Shown: piece by piece, positions 1 to 13,427 of the stretch
How the letters are laid out: each line of letters starts with the position of its first letter
How positions within the stretch are numbered: position 1 is the stretch's first letter
Assembly: GCF_964204645.1 (NCBI RefSeq)
Contig: NC_134030.1
Span: forward strand, 1,595,355-1,659,354
Length of the DNA stretch: 64,000 bases
From: Tubulanus polymorphus
Taxonomy: Eukaryota; Animalia; Nemertea
Direction of reading: 5' to 3'
Notes under the pieces: generated by a model
What the model saw: the letters and a program-made list of their open reading frames with translations, nothing else
Databases searched by the model: none
Told to the model about the DNA's origin: nothing
Position numbers and translations under genes: made by a program

Positions 1-7
1 AGATCGA

Positions 8-912
8 TTTTAAGGTGATTCAGAAGTTTAAATCTGATGTTTTAATCTCTGGGACTCAGATATTAAATCAATAGATTTTTACTGCTGAATGATCTTCATG
101 TACAGATGAGCTACAATTGTTCCTAGTGTGTTCTGTTAAGACTGATTAAAGGGTGGAAAAACTTGACTCAAATTCAAATTGAGTCGAGTTTTTCCAAGAT
201 AATCTCTGATCAAGATCGGCAGTTACCGGTATAATCCATAATTGTTGAACTTGATTGGTGATTTTCAAGATCTGTTTTAAGGTGATTCACAAGTTTAAAT
301 CTAATGTTTTAATCTCTGGGTTCCAGATATTAAATCAATAGATTTTTACTGCTGAATGACCTTCGTGTTCAGATAAGCTACAATTGTTCCTAGTGTGTTC
401 TGTTAAGAAAGGGTGGAAAAACTTGACCCAAATTCAAATTGAGTCGAGTTTTTCCAAGATAATCTCTGATCAAGATCGGCAGTTATAATCCATAATTGTT
501 GAACTTGATTGGAGATTTTCGAGAACTGTTTTTAAGGTGATTCAGAAGTGTGAATCTGATGTTTTAATCTCTGGGTTTCAGAGATTAAATCAATAGGTTT
601 TAACTTCTGAATCACTTCGGGTTTTGGTAAGTTAAAGTGTTTCCTATTGTAATCTGTTAAACTGATTAAAGGGTGGAAAAACTTGATTCAAATTAATAAT
701 CTGAATCAAGTTTTCCAATGATAATCCGCGATCAAGTTCGGCAGTTATAATTCATAACTGTTGAACTCAATTCACAATTAAATGAACTGTTTTAAGGTGA
801 TTCAGAAGTATAAATCTGATGTTTTAATCTCTGGGTTTCAGAGATTAAATCAATAGGCTTTACTTCTGAATCACTGTTAGGTTTTGATAAGTTGTAAGTT
901 GTTCCTATTGTT
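8..912. repeat. Diverged tandem repeat, ~260 bp unit, ~3.5 copies (may continue left of window)
   Basis: ttttaaggtgattcagaag...tctgatgttttaatctctggg recurs at ~8, 275, 530, 790. Confidence 0.9.
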
Positions 913-2884
913 TAATGAATTGGTAGAAATTCTATTTTTAGGTGACAGGTCAAATAGATTAGAACAGTAATTTATGCAGAGGTTGAATTAATTTAATGTT
1001 TGATATACCAAAGAATGGTTTATTGTGAAGATTTAATTAAAATCTTAAATAAAGAGTTGTTCAATTTCATAAATGTTTTGTTTTCGATGAAGTTTTTTCA
1101 TTTTCTGGATTTGAGGAATTTGACTTTAAACACATCGGTGGATTCAGCACAGTTCTGTGGACACAGTTTTGGGACCGAGACCTGGAGACACAGCTCAAGA
1201 CCCAGTTACAAGTTCAACTGGACTCCATCCCAAAAAACCCTGGGCCCTTCAAACCTTTAAGTAAGATGCTCACTTACAGATTCATAAAATTGACCCTTAT
1301 TATCTTGTCATCTGCAGCACCATCTCAGAGGCTTAAACCAAGAATTTCTTGTAATGTTCAACAAATGTGAATTACATTAAGTAATTTTTGAGATCGACTT
1401 ATTACCACCAGTATTGAGTTTTTTCTAAATCACAGTCTACTTATTTTATATTCATCCACGATTTCATAGCTCTTTAACTATTCAACCCTTTCCCTGATGG
1501 GCCCTGGCCCCAATTGCTGAACCCAGTTCTCCAAGTCTAACTTCTGGGTTTAATGGTTTATCAGAGAATTAATGGATTAATTGGAAATAATCTAACAATC
1601 AATAAAGTTTAAAAATAATTATTTGACATATCGTAATTGATTTTGTTCGCCACAACGCCTTTCTCATCAGGATTATAGCATTTTACTTTCTATGGGTTTT
1701 TAAAGGTAAGTTTTCAAAGGAAAGACAGAATGTCCGAATATACGTCCGGATCCGCCTTTATATGCCTCATTCCGATTCTGCTCATTTGCATATATTTTCA
1801 GCAAGTGGAAATTCCCCGAATTCCAAGATGGCGGCGACCATGATATATTAAATAGCAACTATTTTGGGCCAAATCAACGCTTTCTCAAGCTCAATATGAG
1901 ATTTCCCGAGCGCAAATGTAACTTAAAAAGAAAATAATCCTGTTGGTTAGTTATATTTTTGATAATTAAATTTATTTGCAAAGTTAAAGTGAAGTTCCAA
2001 TGACAGATAGAAACGTTGAAAGACTGGGGTAGATTGAAACATGCCCTAGCCACTGGCCACTATGAACAGTCCTAAACGTTTTGATCCAACTGCACCAGTT
2101 GAGGTTACTAACTGTGTGGCCCTTATTTAACAATAGTGTGTACATATAAACACAAGGGCCCCCAAACTGCAGTTGCTCTGTTGGTTTTAAATCTGTATAT
2201 AGTCATAGTCATTTTTGATCTTATCATCTGTTCTCCACCTTTTTGAGTGTGAGAGTTTTATGAACTGTTGTGAAGATTGAGGAAGTCGATAGAAAGAGAT
2301 GAAAATTGTTTAAGTTGTTATCATGAAAATGACTGAGCTTACTATGTACGGTACATACGACCCAGAGGGACATGGCTTATTATGAGAAACATTGAGGTTT
2401 TCATGAAAGTTCATGAATTTTCCATGAAAGTACAATGTTGGAAAATATATCCCCTATGTCACACTCCCTGATTCTTTTTCATTGCCCTCATTTCTCTGAA
2501 AGGCCCTTCAACTGAATCAGTCTCCAGTCGAAAAGGTTCCTCTTATAAGTTCAATTGTCTATAACTGATGATGTGATGTGAAGAGTCTACAATTGAACAA
2601 ATACCGCATTGAAATCAAATCTTCTCTATTTCAGGCATTACTTCTGGCATAAAACACTATTCAAGCAATGTAGGAGCATTTATAGGCGCAGCAGGAAGGA
2701 GGAGTTCAGGAGCAGCATCATATAGGAGTTGCACAGGAGCAGCATCATAGGAGTAGTGCAGGAGCAGTGAGAGCTTCATAGGAGCAGCAAGACCAGCATC
2801 ATAGATAGGAACAGTAGCTGAAGAAATGAAACAAGATAAGTAGCATTTGAAATATAGAAAATAGAAAAGCTGTAGAATGTTTTC

Positions 2885-3483
2885 TATTGTAAAAATATTT
2901 TCAAATTCAGTCTGATTTGTGCCAGATTGTAACTGTAGAAGTTTCACTCATTGTTTCAGTCTAATAGAGTTATAACTGATGTACATGTAACATTGACTGT
3001 GTAACACTGCAGTCATTTCTTCAATTATTCCTCCTCAGTTGGAAGAATGTTTGTTCTCTCATCTTCATTAGCGATAAGAATCAATCCCATCCATCTACCA
3101 ACAACATCGTCAAATTTCCACTTATCTAATCCTAGAGGGAATGAGTAGTATGAGGTTTGGGTATGGAATTGGGCAGGGTATGGTGTAGTTGACAGTTAGG
3201 GTAGGATAGGGTAATGTGATGAGGTAAGGTCGGTCGGATGATGCAGGGTTATTTGATGTGGTTGGATTGGATGATGAGTTTGATATGGAACTGGTCGAGG
3301 TGGGTGTATGTGGTAGTGTACGGTGTGTATGTTCGGAGGGTGTATGATAACTGATTGAAAGGTTGCTGTTAGAGGTCAGTGCAGTAGTGATGCTGGTATA
3401 GTTTGTGTAAGGTAGGCGTCGGTGTACCGGGTTAAGTATAGGGTAAGGCATGGTCAGAGTAATGTTACCGTAGAGGAAAAGTT
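2885..3483 (+). repeat. Left arm of a ~600 bp diverged inverted repeat
   Basis: Reverse complement aligns colinearly with 5521-6112 (gtttcactcattgtttcagtctaat vs attagactgaaacaatgagtgaaac). Confidence 0.85.
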
Positions 3484-4337
3484 ATGTGGGGAAGGGTGTT
3501 TTTGTTTTCAGCCCACTTGAGACTTAAGTCTCAGCGGGCCGTTGCATTTTCTTTTCATCCGTTGTCCGTTTGTGTATCCGCAGACGGAATACAGTTATTT
3601 TTGGAGGTTTTTAAGTTTTCCAACGCCACTGCACATGTTCTCCAGGGGGTGTTGAGTATAGAATTTTCAGATTGTCAGGAATTTCACCAAGTGTGCATTG
3701 GTGTCCCTGGACTCCCCAATTTTGAAATTACGGTGAATTCTGTAGAATTCTAATGATTGGTTAAATGGGCATCACTCTTTATTGGAATTCTGTGCTTAAA
3801 ATATTGAATACGAAAGTAAGAACAGACGTCGAAGCTGTCACTGTGGACAGTGAATCTATTTCTGATTTGTCTGGATGTGACGGCGCAGGTGGTGGCCATA
3901 ACTTCGAGGTCACCTCTTAATCATTACATGTCCTTAGATGGAAAGGACACAAGGGTAAATGAAAACATTCTTTAGGTTACTGCCAGGTTTTAGGGTATCG
4001 TACCAAGCCTTACCTTCCCGACCTCCTTCCCGCGCTAGCTATTCCAAAATATATCGAGATACATCGAGAACGATGCTATTGAAGATTGAATTCATCGATT
4101 CATTTTGGAATTGAAACTTGTTTCATGGAACAAATGGTGCTGCAAATAAACAATATCATCAAACAATGATTCTGATTGACTATAGTGAACTGCTGCCCTA
4201 CTACTGGCTTTAAAAGCAATTATTGAGATAGATTCCAATCCAGTTCAATTACTATATTTCCCATATAGACACTTACTGCCGGTTGGTACTGGTACATAGC
4301 CAGAAGAGACAGCCATAAGAAAAAGAAAGAATATGAA

Positions 4338-4612
4338 GAACATGAAGAGTGGGGGGTTTAGTCCACTGTCTGCCTAGCGGGTAGGCAGTGGTCTATTCCT
4401 ACCTCGACTCAAAAAAAGAAAAAAGATATGAAGAGTGGGGTCCGAGAGCAATTCGAAGGTTTAGTCCCCTGTCCGCCTAGCGGGTAGGTAGTGGTCTATA
4501 CCTACCTCGACTCAAAAAAAAGGTGAGCTTAAAGCCACCAAGCACAAAAGTGGGGTCCGAAGGGTAGTCCTCTGCTGGCTTAGAGGGCAGGCATTGGTCT
4601 ATTCTTACCTCA
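4338..4612 (+). repeat. Three copies of a ~90-110 bp unit with a small hairpin; first two end in A-tails
   Basis: gtgggg...tagtcc.ctg..gcctagcgggtagg.agtggtctat.cctacctcgactcaaaaaaa repeated. Confidence 0.75.
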
Positions 4613-5520
4613 CGTGCTTAAAAATGTTCACAAAAATGGCTATTAAGAGAGAGAGAGTGAGAGAGAGGAGGTGCTAAGTTTCCTGTACTTGACTGGGTGT
4701 AAAGTGATCAATAATGGAAATCATTTACGGTAAACCTAGAGTTTACTAACAATGTATTTTGGGTTCAGAGTCTATTTCTCAACAGTTTGCTGTTAACAAG
4801 CTGGTAGTAGGGTAAAAACTACCGGTATTCAGAGATTTGTGAATCAGAAGTTTTGCCGTCATTTGCTTCATGAATCATTCACTTGTTAAAATGAATGATG
4901 TGACACACATGTAAAATACTGTTACTGATTTATCATTGTTTTGATGGTGTCTTAATGTTCAATATCTTGCAGGTATCATCTCCTTGCATTTCACATAGAA
5001 TTGAGGAGTAGTTTGAGCGAATGGGAGGCATGGAGAGATTCGGCTCAAGATATCTCACTCATTCGTTTAGGTTTAGTTTGAGATCATCTAATCAGCTTAA
5101 GTGAATACATCCTCGACTACTTCTCAACTAGTAGTTCATCGTAGGTTTTAGACGTCACATCCATAGCTCCTTCCACTACTCGTGAACTTACAATTCATTC
5201 CTATCCCATGATGCTATTTATGATGGAATGTGTTAAAGTAGATGTCTATGTGTTTTCATCTTTTGGTAAATCGTGAAAAATTCTGGCTAATTTGAATCGA
5301 AAGCCATTGATTATTATCTTGCGCGGTAATGATGGAAAAATTCAAAATGCGAATAGCTGTGTGGAATAAGAGAATGTCTTGAAAGGATTTGAGACATTGA
5401 GATGTGTAAAGGGAGACTGATTACACCTGTACTGTCCTAGCCCCTCCCCAGGCAGTCACCACCTCACCCCAACCAATTCTACCAAATCACCCTCACCTCA
5501 ACGACATCAAAATCCCTTTC

Positions 5521-6112
5521 ACTTTTCCTCTACCATTATTTTTACCATGCCAGCTACCTTATCCCTAACCCTGCAAACCACACTCTACTCTACACAAACC
5601 ATACTAACATCACACCTGTACCGTCCTCCAGCACCAACCTTTCTTCATTGTCAGACACCTCTCTAACTATACATCGTACACTACCACATACACCCACCTC
5701 GACCGGTTCTATAACAAGCTGATCATCTAATCCAGCCATATCAAACAACCCTGCATCATCCAACCTGACCTTACCTTACCACAATACCCTATCCTCCCCT
5801 AACATGTCAATCACACCATGCCCTGCCCCATTCCATACCCAAGCGCCATAACACTCATTCCCTCTATGATTGAATAAGATAGAAATGTTACAATGTTGTA
5901 GTTAGACGGATGGGATTGATTTTCTTTGCTAATGAAGATGAGAAAACAAACGTTCTTCTAACTGAGGAGGAATAAGTGAACAAACTACAGCGGTGTTACA
6001 CATTCAATGTTACATGTACATCAGTCACATCTCAATTAGACTGAAACAATGAGTGAAACTTCAACAGTTACAATCTGACACAAATCAGACTGTGTCAGAA
6101 AACATTTTTACA
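5521..6112 (-). repeat. Right arm of the ~600 bp inverted repeat
   Basis: See 2885-3483. Confidence 0.85.
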
Positions 6113-6355
6113 TTAGCTCCACGTGCTGAGTGGATGATAGACATCATGAGACTCATCAAATTTTGAGAAATTAGTTTAATTGAAAAATTAATTTAAGCAA
6201 TGTCTGTTTTTGCATTTCAGAGGTTGATGTTACCTGAACATGCAGTTCTGAGCTGACTCCAGATCAGGTGAGCATGTATGCAGTGAAATTGGATAAAATC
6301 ATGAGATTTTCCAAGAGCTCTTATTAGTGGAATTTTTATCTCTAATAGCCCTTGA

Positions 6356-6860
6356 TCCAAGTGCTGCCCAGTGAGACACTGTCTGGTGAACTCAACATCC
6401 AAGTGCTGCTGAATCTACCCCCAGTGAGACACTGTCTGGTGAACTCAACATCCAAGTGCTGCAGAATCTACCCCCAGTGAGACACTGTCTGGTAAACTCA
6501 ACATCCAAGTGCTGCAGAATCTACCCCCAGTGAGACACTGTCTGGTGAACTCAACATCCAAGTGCTGCAGAATCTACCCCCAGTGAGACACTGTCTGGTG
6601 AACTCAACATCCAAGTGCTACAGAATCTACCCCCAGTGAGACACTGTCTGGTGAACTCAACATCCAAGTGCTACAGAATCTACCCCCAGTGAGACACTGT
6701 CTGGTGAACTCAACATCCAAGTGCTACAGAATCTACCCCCAGTGAGACACTGTCTGGTGAACTCAACATCCAAGTGCTACAGAATCTACCCCCAGTGAGA
6801 CACTGTCTGGTGAACTCAACATCCAAGTGCTGCAGAATCTACCCCCAGTGAGACACTCTC
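6356..6860 (+). repeat. 53-bp minisatellite, ~9.5 copies
   Basis: Unit ccagtgagacactgtctggtgaactcaacatccaagtgctgcagaatctaccc, period 53. Confidence 0.97.
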
Positions 6861-8097
6861 CACACGCTACAGAAGGTGAGTAATGAATAGACAAATTTCT
6901 AATTTGAATTTTTTTTCAGAGGTTTGAATTCTCTTAGAATTTTTAAACCTAAAATTCTAAGATATTCTGTAAAGACAACAATTTGACCAGTTGTCCTTTT
7001 GACTGCATGTTTTGAGGGAATTCCAATTAGCTACATGATTCAATGCGTGGTTGTCAAATGGCTCAATATTTCCAAACCATTTTCTAATTTATAACTGTCA
7101 AAATTCATTTGTTCAATCATGAGGTCTAGAATTGGTTTTCATTGAATACATGAAATCCAGATATTTCATTTGTTGATTTCAAAATTATTTATTTCGCCGA
7201 TTCATTTCTAATCTCACTTTGGCAACTCATTCTGAATCAGCGACGGAAAGTGACAAAATGGTCACATCAAAATACGCTGTGCTCGGTGCCTCGGGATCCG
7301 AACCCAAACCTGACCACACGTATAAATCCAATTGAATCCATTCGGGTTCTTCCTTTTCTTAGTTAAACTCGTTTCTGTGGTTGCGAGACGGCGGGAAGAA
7401 AAATAGTGGTGGCGGTAAGGGTGGTGGTAGCCCTTAAAGTGAATATGCTCGGTGACAGGGATGGCGAAAGGCCACCCGGGGAGGACGATAGCATCAGGGC
7501 ATCGGACGCTCCTTTACTGAACCGCAGACTCTGGGGCCCGAGAGTATCGTGTGTATGATCACTTACTCGATAGGGTAGACATGTGCGTCAAGAGATACGG
7601 GCATTTCTATCCTAGCCTCAGTTGTCTGCGGGGACGCACCTTAAAACAGTTTGAAAAAATCACCTCGAACATGTTTAAGCATAATTCACGGGCGCAAAAA
7701 AAGAATAAACAGAAAGAAAGAAAGAGGTGTCGGTCGTCTTTATAAACCACTAGGGGCGAGTTTAGCTTAGACGAGGAATTTGGCATCTTAGAAATATATT
7801 CGAAATTCCTAGGTTTTAATGGAGAAATCAGCAGGTAAAATATTTGAGTATTTTATGTGATTCAATTCTAAATTGTAACCTCATCGTGCAATGTATTTTA
7901 TTGGAATGAACTTAAACATGCAGGCTGGACTTTCACGTGATGTTTTGAAATATAGATTCAGGAACATTGACAATTCCTGATTTGAAGCACATGTTTTTAC
8001 CACGAGTCAAAGCAGTTAAACTTTACTCTGTCTACTGTATGATTATATTCTAACATGTATATCTTTTCATTATTTTTCTATCATTCACGCTGAGATC

Positions 8098-9316
8098 ATC
8101 TACTCCCAGCGAGACACTGTCTGGTGAACTCAACATCCAAGTGCTGCAGAATCTACCCCCAGTGAGACACTGTCTGGTGAACTCAACATCCAAGTGCTGC
8201 GGAATCTACCCCCAGTGAGACACTGTCTGGTGAACTCAACATCCAAGTGCTACAGAATCTACTCCCAGTGAGACACTGTCTGGTGAACTCAACATCCAAG
8301 TGCTACAGAATCTACTCCCAGTGAGACACTGTCTGGTGAACTCAACATCCAAGTGCTGCAGAATCTACCCCCAGTGAGACACTGTCTGGTGAACTCAACA
8401 TCCAAGTGCTGCGGAATCTACCCCCAGTGAGACACTGTCTGGTGAACTCAACATCCAAGTGCTACAGAATCTACTCCCAGCGAGACACTGTCTGGTGAAC
8501 TCAACATCCAAGTGCTACAGAATCTACTCCCAGTGAGACACTGTCTGGTGAACTCAACATCCAAGTGCTACAGAATCTACCCCCAGTGAGACACTGTCTG
8601 GTGAACTCAACATCCAAGTGCTGCAGAATCTATCCCCAGTGAGACACTGTCTGGTGAACTCAACATCCAAGTGCTACAGAATCTACCTCCAGTGAGACAC
8701 TGTCTGGTGAACTCAACATCCTCCAAGTGCTGCAGAATCTACCCCCAGTGAGACACTGTCTGGTGAACTCAACATCCAAGTGCTGCGGAATCTACCCCCA
8801 GTGAGACACTCTCTGGTGAACTCAACATCCAAGTGCTGCAGAATCTACCTCCAGTGAGACACTGTCTGGTGAACTCAACATCCAAGTGCTGCAGAATCTA
8901 CCTCCAGTTAGACACTGTCTGGTGAACTCAACATCCAAGTGCTACAGAATCTACCTCCAGTGAGACACTGTCTGGTGAACTCAACATCCAAGTGCTGCAG
9001 AATCTACCCCCAGTGAGACACTGTCTGGTGAACTCAACATCCAAGTGCTGCAGAATCTACCCCCAGTGAGACACTGTCTGGTGAACTCAACATCCTCCAA
9101 GTGCTGCAGAATCTACCCCCAGTGAGACACTCTCTGGTGAACTCAACATCCAAGTGCTACAGAATCTACCCCCAGTGAGACACTGTCTGGTGAACTCAAC
9201 ATCCTCCAAGTGCTGCAGAATCTACCCCCAGTGAGACACTCTCTGGTGAACTCAACATCCAAGTGCTACAGAATCTACCTCCAGTGAGACACTGTCAGGT
9301 GAACTCAACATCCAAG
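8098..9316 (+). repeat. Second array of the same 53-bp minisatellite, ~23 copies
   Basis: Same unit, with occasional +3 nt (catcctcc) variants. Confidence 0.97.
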
Positions 9317-11100
9317 GAGATGATCTGTTAATTACACTCATGGTTGTGCTGGCTACTGATATGGGAGGTATGTATCGTATCTGGAGCCAATTTTACTTTG
9401 ATTCCAACAACTAATTTCTTATGATTCTCCATTTCATTTTCCATTAGAAGGAACTGTGTTATTATGATTTGTCTGAGTGTCCGTTAATGTTAGTTGAACT
9501 GTAACTCAGAGAAGTGAACCGTGGATGTGACAACTCCACACAGATGTCATGTATGTATCTGGACAATTTTCATTATCAATGTCTTTCTGTTTTAGTTTTC
9601 CGCAGAAGAATCTGATAAATATAATGTTATGGACTTTGTGTTTTTCTTTTGAGTGTCTATCATCATTAGCTTATTTCATCATTAACAATTTTATTAATTT
9701 TTTCCTTCAGTTTAAAGAATCTGTTTAAGGAGATGATCTGTTAATTACACTCATGGTTGTGCTAGCTACTGATGAGTGGTATGTATCGTATATGGAGCCA
9801 ATTTCTATTTGATTTCAACAACTAATTTCTTATGATTTTATTCAGTTTGTTTTCCTTCAGAAGAAACTTTGTTATTATCAATTGACTGAGCCTCCATCAT
9901 TATTAGTTAAACTGTAACTGAGAGACATGAACCACGAATATCCTAACTCTTTAGTCAATGTGTATGTATCAGGACAACTTTCTGATTATCGATATCTTAC
10001 CGTATGATTTTCCTGCAGAAGAATCTGATGAATATAATGTTATGGACTGAATGTGTTTTTCATTTTAGTGTCCATCATCATTAGTTTAACTATAACTGAA
10101 GAGACCTGAACCAGGGATGTTATAATTCCAATGTTGATATGTATGTATCACGACAAATTTGTTATCAATGATTTTAATTTTTCGAAATCTATGAAATACG
10201 GTAGATGTGTGATTGAATCTATATTGTTCTCATTTCAGAGTCTGCTACATACATGTGATACGTGCACAGAGAGACAAATTCTATTAATTTTAAACACTTA
10301 TCCCTTAGTTATCAATGATTTTCCATATTGTTTTAATCTGTTAGGAGAACTGAACTCTGGTCCTGAACATGTTTCAACTCTTCTATCAATAAGTGGTTTG
10401 TATGGAAACAGAATTTCCTGCAATAGAATCTGATGAATAGATGTCATGATAATATGTTATTCTCATTTCAGTGTCCATCATTATAAGTTGAACTGTACAG
10501 AAACCAATAGCTGAATTGAACTGATCTCCGCAGTCAATGGTTGGAGATGGCTACAGATACGAGTGGTATGTGTGTATGGACACAAATTCATTTTCAACAA
10601 CTGATTTTGTAATTTATATTCTGTAGAGGAATCTTTGAGAGATAGATGTTATAGAATCTGTTATTTTCAGTGTTGATCAATGTTAGTTGAACTGTAATGA
10701 GTAGAACCAGTAGTTACTCCACAGTCAATGGTTTAGTCAGTTACAGACATACATACAAATAGTCAGCAATAATTCCCTCAAGTGCTGTTCTGTTAAGACA
10801 ATTTGTTGTAAGTAAACCCACAATGTACGTGATGTGGTTTGTGTGTATGGAGACAATTTCATTATTTTCATTAATTATTTGTTAGGCAATGACAAATTGT
10901 CCATGGGATGACCGATTACCAGTAGATGACCAGGGAACAGTCTACATGTATGTATCGAGACAATTTTCTGTTGTTTTGAGGAATCTATAAGAGATAAATG
11001 TTATAGAATCTGTTATTCTTATTTCAGTGTCCGTCATCATGAGTTGAAACAAATATCTGATTTGAAGTGAACTCTGCAGTCATTCAACAGTTGAGGAGCC
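9316..11100 (+). repeat. Degenerate ~200 bp repeats with recurring splice-acceptor/donor-like signals
   Basis: tttcag|tgtccatcat...gttgaactgta and gtatgtatc recur; ggagatgatctgttaattacactcatggttgtgct at 9316 and 9730. Confidence 0.7.
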
Positions 11101-12365
11101 CTAACACATATATAAGTTACGTATTAGTGATATTTACCACTGACAGACAATTAAAACAACTTGTATAATAATGATTCACTGTTTGTGAATGAACTTGTGA
11201 ACAGTCGCTACTCCTTAATGCTATCAGTTACAGCCACCTTCTGATAAAATCTCTGTCTAAACCTCTTGCATGATCATCTATATCTCAATTATAATATAAT
11301 AAATACTAATCCTTCATTTTAACTCTCTTCTATTCTAATACATTGTATGAGTCAAAAGATGGTTGTCATTGATAGAATTAGGGACGCTATACAGCTGGCT
11401 AATTGTCATAATCTAAACCCTTTTTGTGTTCACTGCATACTCTGTGACCCTCCACTTCAATGCATTTTAATTGATTCAATTTCACCAACTTTTTATATTT
11501 TTTTTTCATGTCAGCGTCAATCATTTTTACCTGCTGCAGGTGGAAATGAATCCACTGCTTGAGTGGCTATAAAAGTCGTTGGTGAAGACAAGTACACTCA
11601 ATTGGAGACAATAATTTCTTTGAGATCTGACAGTGGTAGGAATTGTAACATTTTAATATATAAGGGGCACATCTAGAAAATTGGAAGACACGTTTTAATT
11701 GATATCTGTTATTTTACGTGTTTCAGCTTCAAAATTATCCGAGTTCTACCAAATGAGATTATTCACCCATGAAGACTCGACTGATTCATACCCACATAAG
11801 GTAGTTGTACTTTCATTTTTATTAAACATTTCAATAATTAAAATTGGCGATATTAAGAAGAAAAAAGAAATTCGTAAAAATTGCATTATTTAAAGTACTT
11901 AAAACCTATTCATAAATAACAATGCGGTACCGCTACATAACAGATGGCACCACTATACGGTCGTTGCTACTACTAGACTGGTTACCTGTATAATAAGTAC
12001 AATACAATGAATTTTATTCGCACGGTGACGTATGTATTGGCATTGAAGCGCTCACTTATAATTCTATTGTTTTGAATGTGGATACTATGTAGACCCAGAA
12101 AACCACGAAGGCTGCATTACGATTGCACCTTACACACAGGGCCACCTTCGGTTATCGGAGTCAGTCGACTTATAATAGTCCCGAGTAACTCATGTCAAAT
12201 GTCGGAACTATATTCCGGAAATAGTTCGAAAATCAAGCGCATTCGGTTATTAGTTCCAACCACTGGTCGACTAGCTACCTATTACCGAATTTGGCCCAGC
12301 CTGTCTAACTCTGGATTCGCAACTGGCAACCGAGTTAAGTGCTTCTCGCTAGCCAGGTTGCCGCT

Positions 12366-12464
12366 AAGCGGCCACCAGTCTATAATATTAACCCAATCAC
12401 ACGTCTGTCACTCGCTGATTCGCTACGCATCTGATTGGCTAGATATATAGACTGGTGGCCGCTT
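12366..12464. mobile_element. ~100 bp palindromic MITE-like element
   Basis: 19-bp perfect IR aagcggccaccagtctata / tatagactggtggccgctt with internal ccaatca / tgattgg. Confidence 0.65.
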
Positions 12465-13057
12465 GACCATTGAGGCAAGCGAGGATGGTTGCGTGACTTA
12501 TCGAAATGTTCGCTTGCCACAGCAGGAATACCGTCCAATGTAATAAGTGTTTATGTATTAATTGTAGGAATGCCTGGTGATGTAGATCAAGTTCACAGAA
12601 ACTGAAAACAGAAAGAAACCTTGCGGAATCTATTGTGTATAAATAAATATATTTATTATCGTGTTGTGTTGTTTATTTTGAGTGCGATCTGTGGTGATTC
12701 AACCACTTGGTCCTCTCAAGTTTTTTTCCCCATCCAAATTTTTGAATCCGTTTGCGCCGTTTTGACTGAAGTGATCTTTAAATTTGTATTAGTTCTAAGA
12801 CTTAGACAGGTCTTAAATTCTTTCAGTTGCGGCCACCTCTCGACAAAAATCTATTGTACTAATCCTTAATAACTTTTAATCACTTCTAATCGCATGCGTC
12901 GTAAGGTGGCTGTCATAGATGGAATTAGAGATATAATCAGTGTCTAAGATGAATACAATTGCGTTTAATTTGAAACTGCTAAACAGTTGCAGTAAGAGTT
13001 AAATAACGATCATCACTGTATCTATGCTTGTGATGCTTGTTCCACTCTCAGTAATTA

Positions 13058-13245
13058 CAGAGCTGCCAACTGTTACTGATTTCCAGTATTAGTTAGTATT
13101 TTATAACGAGAAATACTGATCTGATTTGTGAAGGTCTTGCCGTTGATTACTGATTAATTGAACATTCCTTTCATATTTCAATGAAACCTTACTGAAAAAA
13201 ATTCAATTTGCTACTGATAGGACTTTTCAAAGGTTGGCAGCCCTG
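13058..13245. mobile_element. MITE with 13-bp TIR
   Basis: cagagctgccaac ... gttggcagccctg; flanks taatta / tagtta are a possible TSD. Confidence 0.6.
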
Positions 13246-13331
13246 TAGTTATCTTGGTCTCGCAACTTTACCACCTCAGTACCGGCGACGCATCACTCGT
13301 AATCCTCGCCTTCCATGCCGCGCATTTAGCT

Positions 13332-13427
13332 ATCCTCGCTTGCCGGGGTTTAATTGGTTCTGCCCAATCAAATGCGTTGTTTTTCTACCAATAAGGGGCG
13401 CCAATTTAAACCCCGGCAAGCGAGGAT
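13332..13427. mobile_element. ~96 bp palindromic MITE-like element
   Basis: 22-bp perfect IR atcctcgcttgccggggtttaa / ttaaaccccggcaagcgaggat. Confidence 0.65.

Noticed and set aside
3122-3451. 109-aa Pro/Thr/Ser-rich ORF
   Set aside because: Lies in a compositionally skewed inverted-repeat arm; the other arm has no matching ORF in the track
6356-9316. CRISPR-like appearance of the 53-bp arrays (also the 47-bp and 35-bp arrays)
   Set aside because: Units are contiguous with no unique spacers, there are no cas genes, and the context is eukaryotic
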